A DNA stretch of 64,000 nt from Acidobacteriota bacterium. Lineage in GTDB: Bacteria; Acidobacteriota; Polarisedimenticolia; Polarisedimenticolales; JBBIHH01. The position numbers and the translations under genes were made by a program. Positions 13,369 through 21,695 of this stretch are shown here, piece after piece. How positions within the stretch are numbered: position 1 is the first letter of the stretch; each line of letters starts with the position of its first letter. The notes beneath the pieces were generated by a model. The model saw only the letters and a list, made by a program, of their open reading frames with translations. It did no database searches and was not told where the DNA came from. Location of the stretch: assembly GCA_037447115.1 (NCBI GenBank), contig JBBIHH010000002.1, forward strand, positions 35,817 to 99,816. Reading direction: 5' to 3'.

Positions 13369-14208
13369 ATGAAAGACAAGCGGCGTCCCGCAGGCGAGCC
13401 CGGGGAGCCGGGCGAGCGGGGACGGAACGGGAGGGCGAGGCTGGGGATCGTGATCCCGGCCCACAACGAGGCGGGGCGCCTTTCCCTCTGCCTCGGGAGC
13501 CTCGGTCCGTTTCGCGATGCCGGGGACCGCCTCGTCGTCGTCGACGCGGCCAGCGCGGACGGCACGGGGGAGATCGCGCGGGCGTGGGGGGTCCCCGTGC
13601 TGCGGCGCGACAGCCCCGAACGGGGCTTCGCCGTGGCGGCAGGCTACGGGGAGGTGGCCGGCGGGAGCGATATCGTCCTCGTCGTGCACGCGGACATGAT
13701 CGTACCGGCCCGCGCGCGCGCGGCGATCCTGGAGGCGCTCGCCACGCGCCCGCGGGCCGTCGGCGGCGCGCTCGGTCACGTCATCGAGGATCCGCGCTGG
13801 CGCTTCCGCCTCGTCGAGTGGGGCAATCGTTTCCGCGCGCGCTGGGGGCAGTTGCCCTACGGAGACCAGGCGCAGTTCGTGCGCACCCGCAGCGTGGAGG
13901 CGGTCGGCGGGTTCCCGCGCATGGCGTGGCTCGAAGATCTGGAGCTCGCGCTGCGGCTCAGGCGCCTCGGGCCCTGGCTCTACCTCGATTGCCCGGTGAG
14001 CATTCCCGCGCGGCACTGGGCGGCGGGTGTTCTGCGCACGACGGTGCGCAACTGGGGCGTGGCCCTGGAGTATCGCTGGACGCGATCATGTTTTCCCGCG
14101 CGGGAAAGGGGCGCGCGAGCAGCGGGACCCGCGAGCGCCGGGGCCGAGGGGCCGGACGGGTGTGGATACGATGGCGCTGCGGGTCGGCCGGGAGGAAGCG
14201 GAAGATGA
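13369..14208 (+). CDS. family-2 glycosyltransferase
   Basis: Internal ATG at 13369 within track ORF 13150..14208. The sequence reads LGIVIPAHNEAGRL..., VVVDAASADGT, VVHADM and PYGDQAQFVRTRSVEAVGGFP...LEDLEL, indicating a GT-A fold with a DxD-like motif. Confidence 0.75.
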   Translation: MKDKRRPAGEPGEPGERGRNGRARLGIVIPAHNEAGRLSLCLGSLGPFRDAGDRLVVVDAASADGTGEIARAWGVPVLRRDSPERGFAVAAGYGEVAGGSDIVLVVHADMIVPARARAAILEALATRPRAVGGALGHVIEDPRWRFRLVEWGNRFRARWGQLPYGDQAQFVRTRSVEAVGGFPRMAWLEDLELALRLRRLGPWLYLDCPVSIPARHWAAGVLRTTVRNWGVALEYRWTRSCFPARERGARAAGPASAGAEGPDGCGYDGAAGRPGGSGR

Positions 14209-14423
14209 AAGTCCATGCGCGGGTGGGTTCGAAGCTCGAGAAGAAATCCCGGGCTTCGCTTGTGCTCGGGCTCGAACGGCTTGGGCCCGTGCCTCCTCGG
14301 CAACGCGAAAAAACCTCCTCGGCGGAGACTCGTATCTTGTGTCTGCCGGGCCGGGGAGCATCTGGGGTGCAACGCTGCTCCCGGAAACGAAAGCCGCGGC
14401 GGAGGAGAGGAGTCGTGGCGGCC

Positions 14424-15533
14424 ATGCCGAGATCGGCCCGGCGCTTCAAAGCGGCCCTGGCTGTCGCGGCGGCTTGGTCCGCGACGTGGCCGGTCCAACG
14501 GCCGAACGAAATCGCCCTGGAGCTGCCGCCTCCGCCGGTCCATGGACGCATGTCGAGCGCCCAACTCGCTCGAGCTCTGGATGCTTGGCTCGGACCGCTC
14601 GCCGAGCGCGAGGAGTTCAGCGGTGTCGTTCTCGTGGCACGGCATGGGCGCGAAGTCTCGACGCGAGGCTACGGCTTCGCGGAGCGAGCCGCGAGGACCG
14701 TCCCGACCGCGGAGACGCGCTTCAACATCGGCTCGATCGGCAAGGTCTTCACCCGGGTGGCGGTCGAGAAGCTCGCCGAACGCGGGGTGCTCTCGCGGAC
14801 CGACGCCCTTTCCCAGTGGCTTCCCGACTACCCCCACGAAACCACGCGCAGCGCGACGATCGAGCAGCTCCTCGCCCACCGCGGAGGCGTCGCCGACATC
14901 TTCGACGAGGCCTTTCGGCAGTCCCGCGACCGGTTCACCTCGAACGCGAAGTACTACGAACTGGTCTCCGGCAAAGCTCCCCTGTTTCCTCCTGGAGAGC
15001 ACGAGCAGTACTGCAACGGATGCTACGTCGTCCTGGGCGAGATCGTCGCTCGTGCCAGCGGCAGAAGCTTCGAGCGTTTCGTGGAAGATCAGGTCCTTCG
15101 CCCCGCAGGGATGGAACACACTTCCTTCGCGACGCCGCCGTCGGCGGCTCGTCCCTACGGGCGACCGACCCCCGGCTCGCCGCTCCAGGACGTCTCCTCC
15201 TGGCACGGACCGGCCGCCAGCGCCGCGGGCGGTCTCTACGCCACCGCGGGCGACCTTCTCGCTTTCGACAACGCTCTCCGGGAGTTTCGTTTGCTGGGCC
15301 GGGAGAAAACCGCGGCGGTGCTGGATCAGGCGGGTCTGCCGAAGGGACGGCGAGCCGGAGGTCGAGCCGGTTTCGCGGGCGGGGCGCCCGGCTCGAACGC
15401 GCTGCTCCTGGGCGACGGAGAGTGGACCGTCGTGGTGCTCTGCAACCTGGATCCTCCCATCGCCATGGCTGTCGGGGAGGCACTTTTCGCAGCGCTCCAA
15501 GCGCATCGCGACCGCCCGCAAGCGCGGAGGTGA
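14424..15533 (+). CDS. serine hydrolase, beta-lactamase/transpeptidase-like family
   Basis: Internal ATG at 14424 within track ORF 13584..15533. It has a signal-peptide-like N-terminus (MPRSARRFKAALAVAAAWSA) and the SxxK motif (NIGSIGKVFT). Class-C/esterase-like similarity runs along its length. Confidence 0.8.
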   Translation: MPRSARRFKAALAVAAAWSATWPVQRPNEIALELPPPPVHGRMSSAQLARALDAWLGPLAEREEFSGVVLVARHGREVSTRGYGFAERAARTVPTAETRFNIGSIGKVFTRVAVEKLAERGVLSRTDALSQWLPDYPHETTRSATIEQLLAHRGGVADIFDEAFRQSRDRFTSNAKYYELVSGKAPLFPPGEHEQYCNGCYVVLGEIVARASGRSFERFVEDQVLRPAGMEHTSFATPPSAARPYGRPTPGSPLQDVSSWHGPAASAAGGLYATAGDLLAFDNALREFRLLGREKTAAVLDQAGLPKGRRAGGRAGFAGGAPGSNALLLGDGEWTVVVLCNLDPPIAMAVGEALFAALQAHRDRPQARR

Positions 15534-15587
15534 GGCCCCCGCGAAGTCAGGGTGTAAGGAATTCGTCCCAGGGTTTTCGCCGCGGCC

Positions 15588-15872
15588 ATGCAGGGGCTAG
15601 GGCTTGCTGAGCGCGCCGCGGAGGTTGCCCAGGAAGTTTTCCTGTGGCTCTACCGCAGCGCCACTCATTACGACGCGCGGGTGCCGTTGACCGTATGGCT
15701 GGCCGTTCTGGTTGCGTTGCCGGCGCGCCGGCAGGAGGGCCTGCCCTGGCACTACTTCGACGGTATGCCGGAGTGCAGCATCGCCGGGCGCTGGGGGACG
15801 AGCGCTCAAGCGGTGCGCTAGGTCTTGTGGCGCGCGCGGCGCCGGCTCCGGGACATGTTGCGCACGGGGTAG
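15588..15872 (+). pseudogene. degenerate ECF (sigma-70 family) sigma factor remnant
   Basis: Region 2-like sequence (AAEVAQEVFLWLYRSATHYD..PLTVWL) joins directly to region 4-like sequence (LPARRQEGLPWHYFDGMPECSIAGRWGTSAQAVR). An in-frame TAG at 15819-15821 follows, and homology then continues (VLWRARRRLRDML). The middle of the protein is missing. Confidence 0.55.
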
Positions 15873-16021
15873 CTCCGGGAAGATCGCCTTCGAGAGCAGG
15901 CCGCCGATGTTCGAGCGGGCTCGATCGTGCCCACCCCGACCGCAGCGTAACGTTTCGCGGGATCTGGGGTATATACTGGCCACACAACAAAGTCGAGCCC
16001 CGCCGGGCTGGAGAAAGGAGG

Positions 16022-16570
16022 TTGGCTGTAGAAAGGCACCAACGCTTCTGTTCCATCACCGGCCATCCGCGGCTGTGGCGCGCCGTGTCGGTCGTCGTGC
16101 TGAGCTGCCTGGTCTCGGGGAAGGTGCCCCCGCCCGTTCGTGCATCGACCACTGGCGACCACCTCGGCACGCGCTTGCGATCGTCGCCTGCAGTGCAGGA
16201 GCTTCTCGAGCTGACCGCAGACATCGCGCGACGTGCCGCGGTGGCAGATCCCGTGCAGCTGCGCACCACGGCGGAGACGCGCGATCTCGCAGCAGCTGCG
16301 CAGGCTTTGGGCCTTTCGTGGATCGAGGCCGAAGAGATTGCGGGCCGGATGGAGTGGCTGCGCGAGAGCATTCTTCTGGAGTTTTCGGAGCTGCGGCAAA
16401 TCGGGCAGCACGCCCTCGCAGGTAGCTGCGTGGCCAGCGGAAGCTGCGATCCGCATGAAGCCATCGGGGGCACGAAGGAGGTCGCCGCGACACTGGAAGG
16501 GCTTCTGGCCGCATGGGGCCAGACAGAGGGCCAGGCACTCGATGGTTCCGGCTGCCATTGGGTGCAGTAG
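16022..16570 (+). CDS. hypothetical protein with one N-terminal hydrophobic helix
   Basis: This is the 3' part of track ORF 15644..16570. Third-position GC bias fits this frame. An AAAGGAGG/GGAG motif lies just upstream of the TTG at 16022, and an A/T-rich TATATACT box lies ~45 nt upstream. The start codon is uncertain, and I recognise no family. Confidence 0.4.
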   Translation: MAVERHQRFCSITGHPRLWRAVSVVVLSCLVSGKVPPPVRASTTGDHLGTRLRSSPAVQELLELTADIARRAAVADPVQLRTTAETRDLAAAAQALGLSWIEAEEIAGRMEWLRESILLEFSELRQIGQHALAGSCVASGSCDPHEAIGGTKEVAATLEGLLAAWGQTEGQALDGSGCHWVQ

Positions 16571-16733
16571 ATCGCCGCGCTCACGTTGTGTACCCTGGGG
16601 GGGCGTTGTTCTACTGGCTCTGCGCCTACGTCGCCTACTGCACTTATTTTGTTGGGGTCCCGTCCGTGATACGATTTGCCGTTGGAGGGGCGCGCACGGG
16701 TAGGGTGTGGCAGCCAGTTTCTGGTAGGGGGAC

Positions 16734-16994
16734 ATGGCTGTGCACGTTTTCTGGATCGGCCCCCGGCTTCTCGGCGGATGGGTGCTCGCCGGGTGGCTGG
16801 AACGGCAGGCTCACAGCGCGAGGGTCGTGCGCCTGGTCCTCGCCGCAGCTGCATCGCTGGTCTTCGCTTACTCCGTCGCCCGCAGGAAGGAGCCCGTTGT
16901 CGCGAATGGGTTATTCTTACTCCTCGGGGTGGCCCTCTTCCTTCGCGAGGTCGTTCGGATGCAGCGGGCGCGGGGACGGCGGGCAGGGCCTTAG
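16734..16994 (+). CDS. hypothetical small membrane protein (two predicted TM helices)
   Basis: 86-aa track ORF with GGGGG before the ATG. It has two hydrophobic stretches (VVRLVLAAAASLVFAY, GLFLLLGVALFL). I recognise no family. Confidence 0.35.
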   Translation: MAVHVFWIGPRLLGGWVLAGWLERQAHSARVVRLVLAAAASLVFAYSVARRKEPVVANGLFLLLGVALFLREVVRMQRARGRRAGP

Positions 16995-17114
16995 CGTAGG
17001 GTGCTTCGAGCGGGAGGTGGTCCCGGCGGCCGTGGACGCCCAACCTCGGCAGAATAGCTCCGGTCGGCCATGTCTGATGTCCCCTAGCAAGTTGTAGCGC
17101 CCCAGGTTTGTTGG

Positions 17115-17660
17115 TCAGCGAGCTGAGTGTACCCATGCCGCGACCTTCGAGGCAAGGAGGTCGCGGCGCACCCGCGCCGGAGCCCGATGCCCGTGACGCT
17201 CGATCCGCCACTGCTCGTCGTCGGTCTTGAGCCGGGCGTGCAGCGCGCGCCGCAGCTCCTCCACGGTGCGGAACGTCTGCACCCACAGCAGCGGCTCCTG
17301 GAGCATCCGGATGAAGCGCTCCGAGCAGCCGTTGCCCTCCGGCGTCTCCTCCTGGAAGGCGTCGCTCATGGAGGCGCTGCCATGGTCGTGGCGCGGCCTG
17401 AGCCCGGCCGCGATCTCCGCCTCGTAGCCCCCGAAGCGCTCCCGCACCCCCTGGCGGATCGCCTCGGGCGCCTCGAAGCGCGTCTTGCGCTTGGCGGCGT
17501 GGATGCCGACGCCCTCGGCAGTGCAGGGGTCCACCGCGACGAAGATTGTGGCCTGGCCCTCCTCGAGCGTGAACGCCGACGTCGTGTCCGTCCCCCACAT
17601 CTCGTCGGGACGCTCGGTGAGGATGGTACCTAAAGCGGGGATGATCCCCGATCAGGTGTC
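17115..17660 (-). mobile_element. 5'-truncated DDE transposase fragment (rve/integrase-core domain)
   Basis: Track ORF 17115..17600, with in-frame similarity extending upstream to ~17660 (..GTILTERPDEMWGTDTT..VAVDPCTAE.., DHGSASMSD, GNGCSERFIRMLQEPLLW, RTVEEL). The HTH/N-terminal part is absent, and no terminal inverted repeats were seen. Confidence 0.7.
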
Positions 17661-17745
17661 CAAGGAGAGCCTAAGGCGGAGAACTCCATTTCGATCCGTG
17701 ATGAAGTGGGAGGGCGAGATTTCGGATCGCGAGCCGTGGCCGCGC

Positions 17746-19260
17746 TCAGAACGAAACCGGCTTGACCTTGAAATGGATGGCCGCCAGGCGCGTGACGAAC
17801 GCCCCGAAAAACGTCACCACTACGCCCAGAAACACCTCGTGGGGGTTGAGCCGGTCGGTCTGCCAATTGAGGAACATGGCGAAGGCCAGTCCCCAGATCA
17901 GCGACACCTCCGGGTAAAAACTCGTTTTCAGCACGCTGGTGTGCGGGTCCGCCCGCACCATGTCGCGCAGGATGCCGCCGCCCGAACTGGTCATTGCGGC
18001 CAGGATCGGCCCCCAAAGTACCAGCGGTTCCGCCTGCGATTCGGCGGCGACGACCACCCCGATAATCGTGAACGCCGCCAAGCCTACCGTATCCAGCACC
18101 TGAAACGCCCTCGTCGCCAGCCCGACGCCGCGACGACTCGTGCCACTGCCGGTGTCACCGAAAATGCCCAGCACCAGATCCTGGTGGCGGATGGCGAGAA
18201 ACCTGAACAGCAACCAGCCGGCCAGCACGGTGATCATCACCGCCAGCAGATAGGCCGGCGAACGCATCACGCCCAACGGCTCGCGATGGACGAGGAGGTC
18301 GCGTAGGATACCGCCGCCCACTGCCGGCAACGCCGCCAGCACCAGTGCGCCCACGATGTCGAACTTCTCTTTCCGCGCGAGGATCACTCCCGACATCGCG
18401 AACGCAATCGTGCCCAGAATGTCCACGATGAAAAACCATTCGCGTCCGGTGGTGATCGACAACAGCATCGGCAGGGCGTAACGGCGCACGATCGCATCGT
18501 AGCTGCCATCGCGCTTGGCGTCTGCGATGCTGCGGTTGACCGACGCGACCAGCTCCGGCGTCGTGGTCCGTTTGCTGAACATCAAGCAGATGTCATAGGA
18601 ACACTCGGCCGGCAACGCCACCACATCGAACCGGCGCACCAACTTCGACCGCCACGCAAGCGTCGCTCCGACCAATCGGTCCATGATGAATCCGTCGATC
18701 GCATGCTGCTGTAACGCGCGAAACAGGGTGTCGACATCCGGTGCGCGAACGATCAGCGGCGTGTCCTCCCGCGAGCGGATGTACTCGCGCAGGCTATCCG
18801 GGCCGTAGTCGAATCCCTCCAGGAGCCCCAAGCGAAAGTCCCGGGCCCCGAACATCTGTAACATGTCGTCCACGCGCTCGAACCGGGAGGGCTTGCGGTC
18901 CCCCCGACGCACGTAGAGCACGTTGATCTCTCGGCGAATCGGATCGGAAAAATGCGCGTAGCGTTCCCGCTCAGCCGCGGGCGGCGAAGTGGTGAAATCG
19001 GCCGCGCCGCTCTCGATATCCACCAAATGCCGATTGCGGTCCGGCTCACGGAAGAACTGCGCGTCGTAGCCGACTCGTCCGAGAATCCTGCTGATCAGTT
19101 CGATGTCCAGCCCGGTTGGCCCGGCCAACGGCGCGTCGGCCCGCACGTATTCGTACGGTTCCCACGGAAACCACGCACCCTTCAAAACGGGCCACGGTCG
19201 CGGGTCGCCACCCGCCAGCGCCAGCGGAGCTGCGACCAAGGACACAAGCGCGCGTTTCAC
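17746..19260 (-). CDS. fusion protein: periplasmic solute-binding domain (SBP_bac_3-like) + UPF0126/TRIC-type channel
   Basis: 504-aa track ORF with a GTG start. It begins with a signal peptide (MKRALVSLVAAPLALAGG). An SBP type-2 region follows (FPWEPYEY, GLDIELISRILGRVGYDAQF, ESGAADF, AERERYAHFSDPI). It ends in a multi-TM region with both TRIC glycine kinks (AVGGGILRDLL and SSGGGILRDMV). Confidence 0.8.
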   Translation of the reverse strand: MKRALVSLVAAPLALAGGDPRPWPVLKGAWFPWEPYEYVRADAPLAGPTGLDIELISRILGRVGYDAQFFREPDRNRHLVDIESGAADFTTSPPAAERERYAHFSDPIRREINVLYVRRGDRKPSRFERVDDMLQMFGARDFRLGLLEGFDYGPDSLREYIRSREDTPLIVRAPDVDTLFRALQQHAIDGFIMDRLVGATLAWRSKLVRRFDVVALPAECSYDICLMFSKRTTTPELVASVNRSIADAKRDGSYDAIVRRYALPMLLSITTGREWFFIVDILGTIAFAMSGVILARKEKFDIVGALVLAALPAVGGGILRDLLVHREPLGVMRSPAYLLAVMITVLAGWLLFRFLAIRHQDLVLGIFGDTGSGTSRRGVGLATRAFQVLDTVGLAAFTIIGVVVAAESQAEPLVLWGPILAAMTSSGGGILRDMVRADPHTSVLKTSFYPEVSLIWGLAFAMFLNWQTDRLNPHEVFLGVVVTFFGAFVTRLAAIHFKVKPVSF

Positions 19261-19685
19261 GTCTGGCCGGTTCTATCTTCGAGCAATTCGATCAGTTCGC
19301 CGTCCGGGCCGAGAAAGAACCCGACGCGGATCGGCCAGCTCTGGCCGGTGACGTCGTTGCGCAGTGACAACGGCCGGATCGGCACAACGATCGTGCAGCC
19401 GGCTTTTTCGACAGCGGCCATCGCTTTGTCCAGATCCGTCGTGCGCAGCGCCAAGTGCCAGAACACTTCGCGCTCGCCGGCCGCGCGCACCGGCTGTTGG
19501 ATCTCCACCAGTTCGAGGTACGTGCCGTTGCCCGTGTCCAGCATCGCGAAGCGCATCTCATCGAGGATGAACGCCGTCTTCAGCGTCAAGCCCAGCGTCT
19601 CGCGGTAAAACCGCAGCGACTTTTCCATGTCCGGCACCCGCATGGACATGTGGTGCAGGCCGGCCAAAGGTTGGCTCGTGCTCAT
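19257..19685 (-). CDS. VOC-family (glyoxalase/bleomycin-resistance/dioxygenase fold) protein
   Basis: Internal ATG at 19685 within track ORF 19257..20330. The sequence reads LHHMSMRVPDMEKSLRFYRETLGL...YLELVE...GPDGELIELLE. It overlaps both neighbours by 4 nt. Confidence 0.8.
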   Translation of the reverse strand: MSTSQPLAGLHHMSMRVPDMEKSLRFYRETLGLTLKTAFILDEMRFAMLDTGNGTYLELVEIQQPVRAAGEREVFWHLALRTTDLDKAMAAVEKAGCTIVVPIRPLSLRNDVTGQSWPIRVGFFLGPDGELIELLEDRTGQT

Positions 19686-21000
19686 CGTTTGGCCTCCTTC
19701 AGGATGGTTTCGTGTTGGCGGGCGCAGGCATCGAGCGCCTCTTGGGGCGACACCTTGCCGGTGATGGCTTGATGCACGTGCTTTTGCATCGCCGCCAGCA
19801 GCGCCGGATACTCCGGCAGGTGCCAGTAGTCCTTCGTCATGCTCATGGAACGCGCGAAATGTGGATTGGCCGGTGAGGCGCGCTGGAATTTGGAGTCGTT
19901 CAGAATCACCGAGACGCCCGTTTTGCCCCCTCCCTCGACCCATTTCCACTGCTGGGGCCGGCTCATGAACCACTCCAGAAACTTCCACGCCTCTTCCGGG
20001 TGTTTGGAATACCGGCTGATGGACACGCCTTGGCCCCCGACCATCACCGCCCGTCGTGCCTGGCCGGGCAGCGGGGCGAAACCGAGCCGGGCCGGCTGCG
20101 CCGTTTGCGCGTGCAGTTCGTCGAAAAAGTAGTACCACTGAATCGCCAGCGCGACCTGCCCGGCTTTGACGGCCCTGTTGACTTCCGGCACGTAGGCATC
20201 CACCGAACCGGGCGGCGCGTAGCGGAAAAGCTCCTTGTAAAACTCCAGTGCCTTCTTTGCCTGCGGCGAGTTCAAGTAGCCGTCTACCTTGCCGGTGCTG
20301 GCGTCCCACAACTCGGCCCCGAACGACCACAAGACGTTGTTGAATACCGAGGTGCAGCCGTCGTAGTCCTCGCTTCCGTACAGAGCGATGCCGTAAAGAT
20401 TCTGGCCGGGGCGCGTGAAAAACTCGGCGATGTCCCGTAAACGCTCGTAGGTCTCCGGCACGGCGAGGTCGTAGCCATACCTCTTCTTGAACGCCGCCTT
20501 CTCTTCTGGATCGTCGAACAAGTCCTGCCGGTACACCAACCCCATGCAGTCCTGGTTGATCGGCAGCGCGTAGATGTGGCCGGAATCCTCCGGGTACTCG
20601 GCGTACCGGCGCAACGCCGCGGCGTCGAAATCGCTCACCCGGACTTTTTGCTGTTCTCGAGCCAATCGTTGAGCCGTAGCACGTGCCCCTGCGAGGCGAA
20701 TTCGCTCATGTTCTGGCTGTCGAACATGCACAGGTCGAACCCCGACCCCTTGCGGGCGAACTCATCGGCGATGCGCTGATACCATTCGGTGGTCATCGGC
20801 GGCAGAACCGCGTGGACCTCCACGCCGGTTTGCTCGGTGTACTCTCGGGCGATCTTGCGGAACAATTCCGCCCGGTCCCCCGCGTGCCAGATGAACGTCA
20901 GCGTGACCTTCTCCTGCGTGGGCGCATTCCAGGCCAGCAGCGGTAGCAGCAGCAGCGGCAGCAGCGGCGGCAGCAGCCAAACGATCCGACGTCTTTTCAT
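19682..21000 (-). pseudogene. ABC-transporter sugar-binding protein (family-1 SBP) interrupted by a 1-nt frameshift
   Basis: The N-terminal part is track ORF 20635..21000, with a signal peptide and VTLTFIWHAGD...EFARKGSGFDL. The rest is in track ORF 19682..20731 (from ..KVRVSDFDAAAL.. to the end). The frames switch at an A5 run (T5 at 20645-20649 on the plus strand). Confidence 0.75.
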
Positions 21001-21320
21001 TCGAGGCCCTCCACCACTTGGGTGTCAGCGGACCCGCGTGCGCCGAGCCGCAGCACCTGATTGCGCAGCACGGCCAACACGGTGGCAAACCACAGCGACG
21101 AATCGAACAGGGGCAACGCTGGGGGAGGCACCTGCGCATCCCATTCCGGCAGCGCTTCCGGACTCAAAGCAAACACCCATGCCATTGCGATGACGAAGTT
21201 TTTTTGGTCAATCGAGTTTTGCGCTCAGAACGATTTGCAGTTCCGACAGGATCGTGAAACGGGCGGCGAAGACCAGAATCGCGCCCATCACCGGCATCGG
21301 CACGATGGGGTGTAGATAAT
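20997..21320 (-). pseudogene. 3' remnant of an unidentified membrane-protein gene
   Basis: Two adjoining frames have coding-like GC3 (WNYLHPIVPMPVMGAILVFAARFTILSELQIVLSAKLD* and ..IDQKNFVIAMAWVFALSPEALPEWDAQ...VVEGLE*). The stop overlaps the SBP ATG (ATGA). The 5' side is cut off by repeat A. The family is not recognised. Confidence 0.3.
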
Positions 21321-21506
21321 TCCATCCACCCAACCCCGGTTACTGGACGGCCCCCCGACCTCGGCTCGCGTTCGGAACGGCCCGACCCTACCACATCCCC
21401 CTTGCGGGGGGAAGCCCGGACCCTGTTCGACCGCGCGCTGTCAGTCCGTGCTGTTTCCGCTCAGGGCGAGGCTCCGGAGCGGGCAGACAGCCCACCCTGC
21501 AACCAA
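21318..21506. repeat. diverged direct repeat, copy A (~190 bp)
   Basis: It aligns by eye with 24683-24867 in the same orientation. Blocks shared with only a few substitutions or small indels include AATTCCAT..ACCCAACCC, GTTCGGAAC, CCCTGTTCGACC and AGCGGGCAGACAGCCCACCCTGCAACC. Roughly three quarters of positions are identical. Confidence 0.6.
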
Positions 21507-21682
21507 CCCGGAGGATCTCCGATCTGACTCTCGATCGCGTGGATCCAGTCCAGAGGGTCGAGGAGCCGGTCCGGCACGCCCGTGCGCGGGTCGGGGGGCG
21601 TGCGCACGCGCACCGCGTCGCCTGCGGTCTTCTCCACCGCGTCGAGGGCGAGGCGACCGCGGGTCAGGTAGCGCGCCAGGCG
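21507..21682 (-). mobile_element. internal fragment of an IS91/ISCR-type (Y2 transposase) gene
   Basis: The minus-strand frame after a TAG reads RLARYLTRGRLALDAVEKTAGDAVRVRTPPDPRTGVPDRLLDPLDWIHAIESQIGDP. This resembles the Y2_Tnp block (..RY..R..ia..RL..V....G....L.P.EFi.R....vP.P). It abuts repeat A directly. Confidence 0.5.
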
Positions 21683-21695
21683 CTAGGCCCCGTTC

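Noticed and set aside
14195-14230. The motif GAAAGTCC in the GT2/hydrolase intergenic region, reminiscent of the RNase P RNA P4 region (GGAAAGUCCGGGC).
   Set aside because: Only 8 nt match, and the following bases (ATGCGCGG) diverge from the consensus. The whole intergenic gap (~215 nt) is too short for an RNase P RNA.
14205-14423. An upstream in-frame ATG at 14205 (with GGAGGA before it) as an alternative start of the serine hydrolase.
   Set aside because: The extra 73 residues are highly basic, low-complexity-like, and contain no signal peptide. The ATG at 14424 gives a classic signal peptide directly before the mature domain. The upstream start remains possible but is less likely.
15556-15566. 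GGAATTC at the left edge of the island resembling the ..ATGGAATT termini of the two ~190-bp repeats, as a possible third element end or att site.
   Set aside because: Only a 6-7 nt (EcoRI-site) match exists, with no flanking similarity to the repeats. That is too short to be meaningful.
21199-21205. The T7/A7 homopolymer as the cause of the frame break in the membrane-protein remnant upstream of the sugar SBP.
   Set aside because: The stop codon of the upstream frame lies before the A7 run on the coding strand. The frame switch must therefore occur in the ~15 nt preceding that stop, and the homopolymer cannot rescue it.
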